Source: Haliotis cracherodii
Taxonomy: Eukaryota
Direction: 5' to 3'
Length of the DNA: 64,000 nucleotides
NCBI RefSeq assembly: GCF_022045235.1
Contig: NW_027266343.1
Location: forward strand, 29,264,001 to 29,328,000
The notes beneath the pieces were generated by a model, which saw nothing but the letters and a program-made list of their open reading frames with translations, was not told the origin of the DNA and did not search any database. Positions 53,264 through 64,000 of this stretch are shown here, piece after piece (position 1 is the stretch's first letter; the number at the start of each line of letters is the position of its first letter). Both the position numbers and the translations under genes were made by a program.

Positions 53264-56200
53264 AGTGACATCTTGCTACCTCTTAGAACTTGTGTTAATA
53301 AATACCTTGGACCTTAAGAATACTTTTAAAAAAATAAATGATATAGTGTTCTCTACATTTTGGACCTTTCGGACTTTTTTAATGTTTTGAATATTTTGAT
53401 CATTTAGGACCATTTTGCTATTTTTGGACCCCGGAATAAATACTTTTTTAAATGCTAAACCTTCAGTGTTTTTGGACTTTTTAGATACTTGGGCCATTTT
53501 GGATTACCTATAGATGTATGTTATGTACTTTTGGCTCTTTCGGACACTTTTGGCTATACACTTTCAAGATTGGACTTTAATTATTAAATCATTATGATTC
53601 AATATTTATTGTTGTTTTGTTTTTTCCATTTAGCCGTTTCTCCTTTAGTCACGTTGTTGCATACAATCTCCTTGGTTTGTCAGCCCCTTATACCCGTGTG
53701 CTTGTGGGTTTCACCATCTGTTGGCAGTATTTGAGGGCTTTTATGTATGTCAACCGCATTCAGCAGTATTTCAGCTACAGAGAGTCTATTGACTGCAATC
53801 GGGGTACAATGACACGCGGTCATCCGAGACACTTACCACCTGATCCATGGACTAAGTCGCCTCGTACATTCTCGTACCAAGGAAATGGTTTGACGTTGTT
53901 ATTTCATGAAAACAGACATTAGCAAGGACAAAGACAATATATTTTAATGACAATCATTTAGAATAGAATATTTTGGGTGCTTACTCGTAATATTTACTCT
54001 TTACTTCTACTTTATTACACTTCGTTTTAGAATTCTCAATTTTACCTTTTCCCCCCACCCTGCGCGACTCATTAAAGCTGTCGCCAAGAGAATGGATATA
54101 TGTTGGACACGCACTCTAAAACTTCAACCAAACACAAATAGATGCTTACGCGTTTGTTTTCAATACTATAACACTTAAGTCACTACTACTAGTACTTTAC
54201 TCCATTCAGTTTTTCTTTTCTTTGCGACTTCTTTGAAGTTGTTTCCAAGTGCATGTACGTTGTACATGTCACGCATTCTAGCTTCAACGAAACACAAATA
54301 AACGCTTACACGTTAGTTTTCAGTAAGAAACAAAAACACTAGAGTTAATGGTGAACACGATTTAAACAAATAATATTTTTGATTGATTACAGTTCAACAT
54401 GTCGGAGTGTATCTGCACGGTATCGTATTGTCACGTAATTTAAGGGACGCAACTCGTGTTCTCTTGGCAGAATCGTATGTAAATAAAGGGACGCAACTGC
54501 ATGCGTCTCATAGTAAGGGAAGCACCTCCCTTGAGTGTGAGTATGGGTTTTGCGCCGGCTTTAGTAATATCACGGCAGGGAGCACCAAAAACGGGCTCCA
54601 CACATTGTTCTCATGTCAGGAATAGAACCCGGGTCTTTGGCGTGACCCTGTTGCCACTAGCCTACTCCACTACGCCCTTCCCCTGGGACTGAGGCCGGAA
54701 AACAAAGGCATCTCCAAAGGCAGAAGGAACCTAGATTCGGCATGGTGTGAATGGAAGACGCGCAAACGTTGTTTACAAATAATTCTTCTCCGACAAAGAA
54801 AGAACCAGGCTGGCCCAATTGTCATTGATTTTGCTCCAGAAATATAGCAGGCACAAAACACTACAACGTATATATAATTATATTGGAAGCTTGTTTGGTC
54901 GATATGTGGGTACATAGCTCGAGAAACGTATGACTTTGTGTTTCCTTTATCGTTCTTATCTACACACACTGGTGCTATGATGATCCGGGATAGAATAGGT
55001 CTTCAGCAACCCATGGTTGCCGTAAAAGGCGACTATGCTTGTCAGAAGAGGTGACTAACGTGAAGCAATCATCGATCCCATTTGCGTGGATCGATGCTCA
55101 TGATATCAATCACTGGATTGTCTGGTCCAGACTCGAGTATTTACAGACCGCCGTTATAGCTGGAATATTGCTGAGTGCGGCGTAAAACAACAAACTAATC
55201 GTTCATATCTACACAGGTGTTACTCCTATCATAATTTCCTGCGAATGTAGTTGTTGAGAGTCTGTTGTATATCCCTGTGTTCATTCCGGGCGAGACGACG
55301 CCACCAGCACCTCCTGCTTGGAAGAATTAACAAGGGTCGGGTGCATCATACATGGTTACAAAGCGTCACTCATGCTATCAACCACTCGACATGCTCGATT
55401 TGTATACACGCCGTCGTGAAATGGCTGGAATACTGCTGACAACATTCACTCACACACTCACTCACTCTTTGTACAGCTGTTCCATAGACCCCCATTGGTA
55501 TTCTAGGTCATGGGTCCAAGTACCCCTGCTTGTAGGGCCCGAATAATGAGGATCAGGGGGCTTGTATAATTACATTGTGTGACCCCGCTGATTGTGTGTG
55601 ATGGACAGACAGACGATGTGGATTGTTCATGCTGTCGCTGGATTGTCTGGCCCACGTTCTATGCGAAACACACTCTTACTGTTGGAAGCCGTGGAAACCC
55701 CAATTCACAGATAGTCGTGCTTTGTGATGTAATCACTATTTCCAGTATAAGTCCATGTATTGCAACCAGTCTGTTAGAGTTATGGATAAATCTAGACTGA
55801 ACACGCTGTAAACACTGCCAGAACTATTAAGCAATGTTTAGGGTTGAATTTATATGTATTTAGGCTTTACATGGTTTTTTTTTTAGTTGGTTTACGAGAC
55901 CGACTGTCATAAATAACCTGAAATTATTTATCATTTATTCAGGTTTCATCATAAATATAAATCTCGTTTTGTGAATCAATCAACTATCAATGACTATTGC
56001 TAGTTGTCATTTCTAACTCCTCTGCCCAACAGTGACTGAACTTACAAGAGTTAATCCAAATATGTGTTTATGTATGTTCTAATGTAGTAGACCTATTAAG
56101 AATATTGTTATTCCAATCAATCTCTGTAGAATCCATTAATCATTGTTATTTCTGAGAGGTATGAAACTGTTGAGTGATGTAAATAATTCATCATTATTTA

Positions 56201-58114
56201 TTTGTAAATTGTTGTTTTCCATAATAAAATGTTTCAAAATAATCAATGAAGTGAGTGTGTAATTTAATCAACTGAACATGGTGTTTGTTACAAACAATGC
56301 AATGATATCCGTCACTGTTACTGAACATTCTGAATGATATGGATATATCTGGTTGTTTAGTCAAGGACCGCCTCCGTGGTCTAGTGGTAGAGTGTCTGCC
56401 CGGAGAGAGTAAGATCGGGGCTCGATCCCCGGCCATGTGATACCAAAAGATGTTAAAAGATGGTACTTGTTGTTAACCTGCCTGGCGTTCAGCATAAGTG
56501 GCTAAAACAAGGCCTGTTCAGCTCGGAGTCAGTATACGGTGTCTGAGTGGGGTATTTATGTTAAGCTGCCGCATGTTTTCTCAATGGGCTAGCACTATAA
56601 AAGTCCGGACTAGTACAAACAGCCACACACGCATATTGCTATATGAGCACACTTATCTTGAACGTGATGTTAAACACCATTTCACCTCACCTTTAAATTA
56701 GTACATGCGACCATTTTGGGGACCATCACTTATCCTCACTTCTCCAGTATGTGCCATTGTCTCTCTCCTCACTGGCTTTTTAAGTGACAATTCTTACTAC
56801 TACTAATTGAGAAACAAACAAAATTGCAATTAATAATGTCAAACAGGAGACAAGGTTCTATGTAACAATTGTATCAACTAAATAATTTTATTGGAGGTCA
56901 TTTTCTCCAAATTGTCTTGGGCCATTCTCTCTATGACCAACTCAGATTGCTGTCCAAGATATGCCTCATAGACATACCAGTAACCTTTAATCATTGGTTT
57001 AATCCCTGTTATCCAGGTAATATTTCTAGGTTTGTCAGCCCCATACCCATGGGTTTCGCCAAAGTGGTAAATATGTCAGACCTGCATCCCTTTGCGCTTT
57101 CATCCCACATCTCCCACACTGACTGATTGTGATCCAAAAGCCCTTACACCACTGGGCCATCCCCCTTGACTTAACAAACCAGTGTTGTATATATAGAGTT
57201 TTGTAGTATAATAGAAGAAAGTGTTGATACAATCATTGGCACGCTGTTTGTCTCCAGTAAATCAGTGCATAATTACAAGTTGCCATCAGATACATATCTT
57301 TTTACAGCTGCTGCTTCTCGCCATGTAACGGTGTTCTGGGCTAGATTGTGTCTGATGGACAGGCGGACAGGGTCGATTGGTGTGGATTGTTGTTCATGCA
57401 ATCACTCACTGGACCATGTAACTTGTGATATAAAAAAAGTCAGAGGCAGACAAGGCCTCGTCTACTATTTTTTGCGATTTTATTTCATTGTTATTATTAT
57501 TATTATTAGTTGGTCCGATGGTCCGGTGAACGACTGTGTTGTCTGGCCCAAGGTCGAGTATTTACGGGGCAAATGTATATATTGTGTGCTATTTTTATAT
57601 TCGCACATTAATCACATGTTCGATTTAGAACAGTTAAGGTCCTGTGTGGGGAACAAGCTTCAGGCTTTGAAACTATTTGGTCTCAATAAGAGTATATGAT
57701 GAGGAAGGATGCATTGCCCATAATTCTAGCGATAACAAACCATTTTAGATATTCGTGGTCACTCCTTCAGATAAGCATTTCTTGTACAGTACCACGCTGT
57801 TAAAATCGTTTGATATGCATCCACTGCGAGCAAATCACTTAGAATCTATATTTGAACGAGGCGTCAACTCAACATTTAGGCTTGAAACATGACTGGGATC
57901 CTGATTTGACATACGACGTCCGAGTAGAGCAGGGAGAGAACCAGTCAAGCTGTTAACGTCACGTGATGCTATGACAGTCTCGCGAGATTTATGACGTCGC
58001 CTTGACGACACTTTCACTACTGGCATCGCCATTGTTGTGGTTATACTGCTGTCATATTACAACTTATCTGCTGCCTTTTGCCTTGTATTGTTCTCATCTG
58101 CGCTTGTGAAAACC

Positions 58115-61100
58115 ATGAACGTATACACCCAAGGTATTTCTTTGTTTCTGAATAAGCCATGTTGGCCCATTTCCTTGTTTTCTGCTTAAATTTCTCAATT
58201 AAATTTGAAGTAAGCCGAGATCTAAATCTATCGAAAAATTATTCTAGTAGGCCTAGATTTCTACCACCAACCATTCACCATTTATATAAGATTGTATTTT
58301 TGTAGCCTTTGATAACATGTCCACATCTGAGTCTGAAATATGTCCGATATATCCATATACTTTCCTTATTCTTATTCTGAAAAGAGACCATTTCTTTACA
58401 CTCAATGTCAAGTATCGAAAGAAGAAACTTCAAATATGACAATTTGTCGTTTATAAAGATTTTTTTCCAGGTTACATTGAGGCCATTTCATCCTTTTCAG
58501 TCTGTTGATAAAACAAATCATCTAGTTTAAACGTTTCATTTGATTTATCTTTCCAATATCGAAATACTTGTCGGTTGTATCAGATTTAAATTCTAAGGCT
58601 GATAGATCTAGGCATAGTTGTTTCTCTTCAAATACATAGTAAAAACCACTGGTGTGTTAATTTTGCCTTTTCATAACATAGATATTTGTAGCCCTTCTGT
58701 AACAACAGTAAAATTAGCTCAGGGTAATATTAACATCCCACTTTGTCAATGAGGTTGTGGTAGTTTTGTTTCCACAATATTATAACTTTAAGGTTAAACA
58801 GTTCCAAATAAATATACTGAAGATTAATATTAGACTCAATCCTCAATATTTTGAAGCTTTCAAGATGCTAATGTGAAAGTGACTTCAAAGAGGGGATAGA
58901 CACGACCGCTAGTCCGTTAGTTCGAGACTAGTGAAAATGGAAAGGGACTAGTTGTTTGTTTTATTCCAAAATCTTGTTGCTTTAATCAAACCACTATTCT
59001 GAAGTACGGAATCCTTGGATATGACCAATCTGTGGTGTCTATACCTGCAAAGTCTTCCATCCCTATAGATAACACAAACATCAACATAGAAACTTTCCCT
59101 TCTGTCCATCATATGCATGAGATTCACTTGCGAAGAAAGTAAATAAACATGTAATGTACAAACAGCAGAATTCTAAAACATAGTATAACAGCGGCACAAC
59201 CACTGGTTTCATTTTAAAATGATAAAGACCGCCTCCGTGGTCTAGTGGTAGAGCGTCCGCCCGGAGAGCGGAAGGTCCGGGGTTCGATCCCCGACCGCGT
59301 CATACCAAAAGACGTTAAAAGATGGTACTTGTTGTTACCCTGTCTGGCGCTCGGCATGAAGGGGCTAAAACAAGGACTGGTCGGCTCGGAGTCAGTATAC
59401 TGTTTCTGAGTGGGGTATTCATGTTAAACTGCGGCATGGTATCTCAGTGTGCTAGCACTATAAATCGGCATCAGTCCGGACTAGTACAAGCAGCCACACA
59501 AACACACACACGTAGATGCACGTCGCTATATAAGTGCAATAATCTTGGACGCGACGTTTAACCCCATTTCACCTCACCTTAAAATGATAAAAATAAGCTG
59601 CGTATTTAGATCTACGTAAAGTACATAAAATGAGTTGCTTCCGAACAAATGGGCATCACAACAGTCAAAACCCCAAGGTTCTTCACGGTGCTGTGCGTAA
59701 ATACCAAACGTAACCTTTCCACCTAGCGTACCTATTTTCCCCATAGATATTTATTTACTGATCCAATTCAGGCATCACGTAAAAGTGAATTCTACTGCCG
59801 TGAATAATTCCCAACAGGTGCATCTGGTTTATTGTCGTTTAGACAGGTATATACAGTTGTAAACATTTACGACATGTAACATTGGGGCTGCACATGAATG
59901 TTATTGGTTAAAAAAAATACTTAAGCGAATATAAACATATTGAATACCTAAAGAGAATTATCAATACTCAGTATCAATGGTAACATGTGAGTAAATACAC
60001 CATGGCTAAAACAGTATCTGGAACCCTGTGCTCTTATGAATCTTTCATAACGTTGTGACAATGACCAATCAAAATCATAATCTAGAACAAAATCATTAAT
60101 AGTGTTAATATGTTCTATCAAGTATTATTCTGTGAATGTACACCCTACGACCACTTAATACCGGAAAACAAATCAATTTCGCAATCATTATCAACACGAA
60201 CACTGACAATATTTAGACTCATTAAACTTTTCATGTAACATATGAAATGCATGCCAATTGTACGTCAATTCTTAATAAACTTGTATAACGTTCCTACCAG
60301 GGTACCGAAGAATTGGCTTTAAGTATAAACGATGAGTATACGCCACACACAGTGTAGTTTACATACACTAAGTATATTTCCGCATACAGGTACTGACCTT
60401 TGAGAAAACCTTTCCTTCATATACAATATATAGGTTGATGTAATGACTCACTCTCTCTCTCTCTCACTCACTCTCTCTCTCTCACTCTGTCTCTCACTCT
60501 CTCTCTCACTCTCTCTGTGTCTCTCTCTCTCCTGTATGAAAAGGGCTCTATAATAATGCGTCTGGACAAAAACGCTGTATATCTTAATGATTCTGTTGCT
60601 AACACTTATTTTGCTAACGATAAATGTCTTCAGGACAACCCATGAAGATCCAGGTAAGAAAGGTCTTCAGCAAACCATGCTTGTCGTAAGAGGGTGGCAT
60701 GTCATCGTATCCCAATTGCGTGGATCGATGCTCATGATGTCAGTCACTGGATTGTCTGGTCCAGACTCGTTTATTTGCAAACTGCCGTCATATAGCTGGA
60801 ATATTGCTGAGTGCGGCATTGAAACAACAAACAAAGACACCATTAGGACATTTTCATGATTTGAGTATATTTGGATTGAATGTACTTCCATAGCATCATC
60901 AAACTACAGACACACCCTTACAACGTTTTGGATGGCAATCAGTCAATGTCCTAGAAAATGTACCCATCGGAAACCCTGGCTACCGCTTATATACTTGCCT
61001 TTTCTGAACTGACTGGATGACAGTGATCGAATGGATCATCAGGACCAATTTAAATTTGTCTAAAAGTAGTTTATATACTGTCCAAGTTGATCCTGTTGCA

Positions 61101-61688
61101 TTTATTCCCATTTAACGCTCTCATTCTTTCTTTCCTGACAGCTCTTGACCTCGTGATCAGGTTCCCTTTGAACTTTGACATCTGGGCCCCTCCTCGCCAA
61201 GTGGGTGTCTTAGGGAATCAGTAATTTACTGTTATTCTAATCAATTAGTGAATTACTAACACGTGATACCAAAACGTATACTGTGGATTTGGAAAGTTAT
61301 ATTCATGAGCATTATTAACCACGTATCACTATCACTAACGTTCTTATAACATCCTAATTATCCCCTTATTGATCCATTTCCAACAACTACCCTCGTCTTC
61401 CTGTACTCCTATCTTCTGTCTCTCTCTACATGTCCTTCTCTCCCTCCCTGTCAGCGTCCTACTGGGAGGTACATGACCATCCTTGAACCCCTGTCAGAAC
61501 TTCCCGTCCCTTCCACCTCTATCCCCGACCCTGCCCCTCTCTCTACCTCCGTCCTCCGTGATGCCCCTCACTTCGTCGATATCAACCTGGATGATGACGA
61601 CACCCCGACCCAGTCCCCAGTTCGAGTCTTCCTGTCACGTGTGTCTGGATTCTTGAGGAGAGTGTTCCGTGTCAAGATGGACGCTTAG
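58115..61688 (+). CDS. Unrecognised 103-aa protein, array copy 4; exons 58115-58133, 61142-61200, 61455-61688
   Basis: Same structure; MNVYTQ, LSTSVL and DINLDDDDT variants. Confidence 0.7.
59227..59578 (+). mobile_element. Intact young family A (tRNA head + Meta-type domain) SINE inserted only in copy 4 intron 1
   Basis: A box TGGTCTAGTGG, B box GGTTCGATCCC, core GTCATACCAAAAGACGTTAAAAGATGGTAC. TSD ttaaaatgataaa at 59214-59226 and 59579-59591. Empty site in copies 1-3. Confidence 0.95.
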
Positions 61689-63391
61689 AGTGACATCTTG
61701 CTACCTCTTAGAACTTGTGTTAATAAATACCTTGGACCTTAAGAATACTTTTAAAAAATAAATGATATAGTGTTCTCTACATTTTGGACCTTTCGAACTT
61801 TTTTAATGTTTTGGATATTTTGATCATTTAGGACCATTTTACTATTTTTGGACCCCGGAATAAATACTTTTTTAAATGCTAAACCTTCAGTGTTTTTGGA
61901 CTTTTTAGATACTTGGGCCATTTTGGATTACCTATAGAAATATGTTATGTGCTTTTGGCTCTTTCGGACACTTTTGGCTTTACACTTTCAAGATTGGACT
62001 TTATTAAATCATTATGATTCAATATTTATTGTTGTTTTGTTTTTTCCATTTAGCCGTTTCTCCTTTAGTCACGTTGTTGCATACAATCTCCTTGGTTTGT
62101 CAGCCCCTTATACCCGTGTGCTTGTGGGTTTCACTAACTGTTGGCAGTATTTGAGGGCTTTTATGTATGTCAACCGCATTCAGCAGTATTTCAGCTACAG
62201 AGAGTCTATTGACTGCAATCGGGGTACAATGACACGCGGTCATCCGAGACACTGACCACCTGGTCCATGGACTAAGTCGCCTCGTTCATTCTCGTACCAA
62301 GGAAATGGTTTGACGTTGTTATTTCATGAAAACAGACATTAGCAAGGACAAAGACAATATATTTTAATGACAATCATTTAGAATAGAATATTTTGGGTGC
62401 TTACTCGTAATATTTACTCTTTACTTCTACTTTATTACACTTCGTTTTAGAATTCTCAATTTTACCTTTGCCCCCCACCCTGCGCGACTCATTAAAGCTG
62501 TCGCCAAGAGAATGGATATATGTTGGACACGCACTCTAAAACTTCAACCAAACACAAATAGATGCTTACACGTTTGTTTTCAATTCTATAACACTTAAGT
62601 CACTACTACTAGTACTTTACTCCATTCAGTTTTTCTTTTCTTTGCGACTTCTTTGAAGTTGTTGCCAAGTGCATGTACGTTGTACATGTCACGCATTCTA
62701 GCTTCAACGAAACACAAATAAACGCTTACACGTTAGTTTTCAGTGAGAAACAACACTAGAGTTAATGGTGAACACGATTTAAACAAATAATATTTTTGAT
62801 CGATTACAGTTCAACATGTCGGAGTGTATCTGCACGGCATCGTATTGTCACGTAATTTAAGGGACGCAACTCGTGTTCTCTTGGCAGAATCGTATGTAAA
62901 TAAAGGGACGCAACTGCATGCGTCTCATAGTAAGGGAAGCACCTCCCTTGGGTGTGAGTATGGGTTTTCCGCCGGCTTTAGCAATATCACGGCGGGGAGC
63001 ACCAAAAATGGGCTCCACACATTGTTCTCATGTCAGGAATAGAACCCGGGTCTTTGGCGTGACCCTGTTGCCACTAGCCTACTCCACTACGCCCTTCCCC
63101 TGGGACTGAGGCCGGAAAACAAAGGCATCTCCAAAGGCAGAAGGAACCTAGATTCGGCATGGTGTGAATGGAAGACGCGCAAACGTTGTTTACAAATATT
63201 TCTTCTCCGACAAAGAAAGAACCAGGCTGGCCAAATTGTCATTGATTTTGCTCCAGAAATATAGCAGGCACAAAACACTACTACTATATATAATTATATT
63301 GGAAGCTTGTTTGGTCGATATGTGGGTAAATAGCTGGAGAAACGTATGACTTTGTGTTTCCTTTATCGTTCTTATCTGCATATACTGGTGC

Positions 63392-63612
63392 TGTGAAGAT
63401 CCGGGATAGAATAGGTCTTCAGCAACCCATGGTTGCCGAAAAAGTCGACTATGCTTGTCGGAAGAGGTGACTAACGTGAAGCAATCATCGATCCCATTTG
63501 CGTGGATCGATGCTCATGATATCAATCACTGGATTGTCTGGTCTAGACTTGATTATTTACAGACCGCCGTTATAGCTGGAATATTGCTGAGTGCGGCGTA
63601 AAACAACAAACC
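63392..63612 (+). mobile_element. Family B SINE-like copy in the array unit (also ~54980-55195; 5'-deleted at ~39345 and ~47115). Another family B copy sits in intron 1 of every gene copy.
   Basis: Match to the family B consensus. Confidence 0.85.
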
Positions 63613-64000
63613 AATCGTTCATATCTACACAGGTGCTACTCCTATCATAATTTCCTGAGAATGTAGTTGAGAGTCTGTTGTATATCCCTGTGTTCATTCC
63701 GGGTGAGACGACGCCACCAACACCTCCTGCTTGGAAGAATTAACAAGGATCAGGTGCATCATACATGGATACAAAGTGTCACTCATGTTATCAACCACTC
63801 AACATGCTCGATTTGTGTACATGCCGTCGTGAAATGGCTGGAATACTGCTGACAACATTCACTCACACACTCACTCACTCTTTGTACAGCTGTTCCATAG
63901 ACCCCCATTGGGATTCTAGGTCATGGGTCCAAGTACCCCTGCTTGAAGGGCCCGAATAATGAGGATCAGGTGGTTTGTATAATTACATTGTGTGACCCCG

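Larger units (their letters stand above)
29215..64000 (+). repeat. Tandem segmental array of four units (homologous anchors at 29221, 39973, 47741, 55712; lengths 10752, 7768, 7971, >8288 bp), still running at the window edge
   Basis: Near-identical sequence and ORFs recur, e.g. MTILEPLSE at 37237, 45275, 53048 and 61473. Confidence 0.97.

Overview
AT-rich, intron-containing animal genomic DNA. The SINE families suggest a mollusc, possibly abalone-like, but that is inference. The left half holds the last two coding exons of an unidentified + strand gene with a Ser/Gly/Tyr-rich C-terminus and a probable long 3' UTR, and a 46-bp minisatellite. It also holds a head-to-head gene pair: SMIM8 (- strand, 2 coding exons, 104 aa) and a C10orf88/PAAT homolog (+ strand, 5 coding exons). 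The SMIM8 intron carries a 1.37-kb TIR/8-bp-TSD element containing a tRNA-Ile-like sequence. C10orf88 intron 1 carries a collapsed Gypsy LTR element. From about 29.2 kb to the end of the window there is a tandem array of four ~7.8-8.4-kb units; the first is expanded to ~10.8 kb by insertions. Each unit carries a 3-exon gene model of 103 aa that the ORF track does not show. The model has matching splice phases, a Kozak ATG, a promoter motif cluster (GTCACGTGA, TCTCGCGAGA, TGACGTC) and poly(A) signals. I do not recognise the protein, and it is the best candidate for an undescribed system here. The units differ by copy-specific insertions (a Helentron/HINE-like element, a TTTA-TSD element, an intact Meta-SINE) and share deletions in a mosaic pattern. 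Most short ORFs in the supplied track are spurious or repeat-derived.
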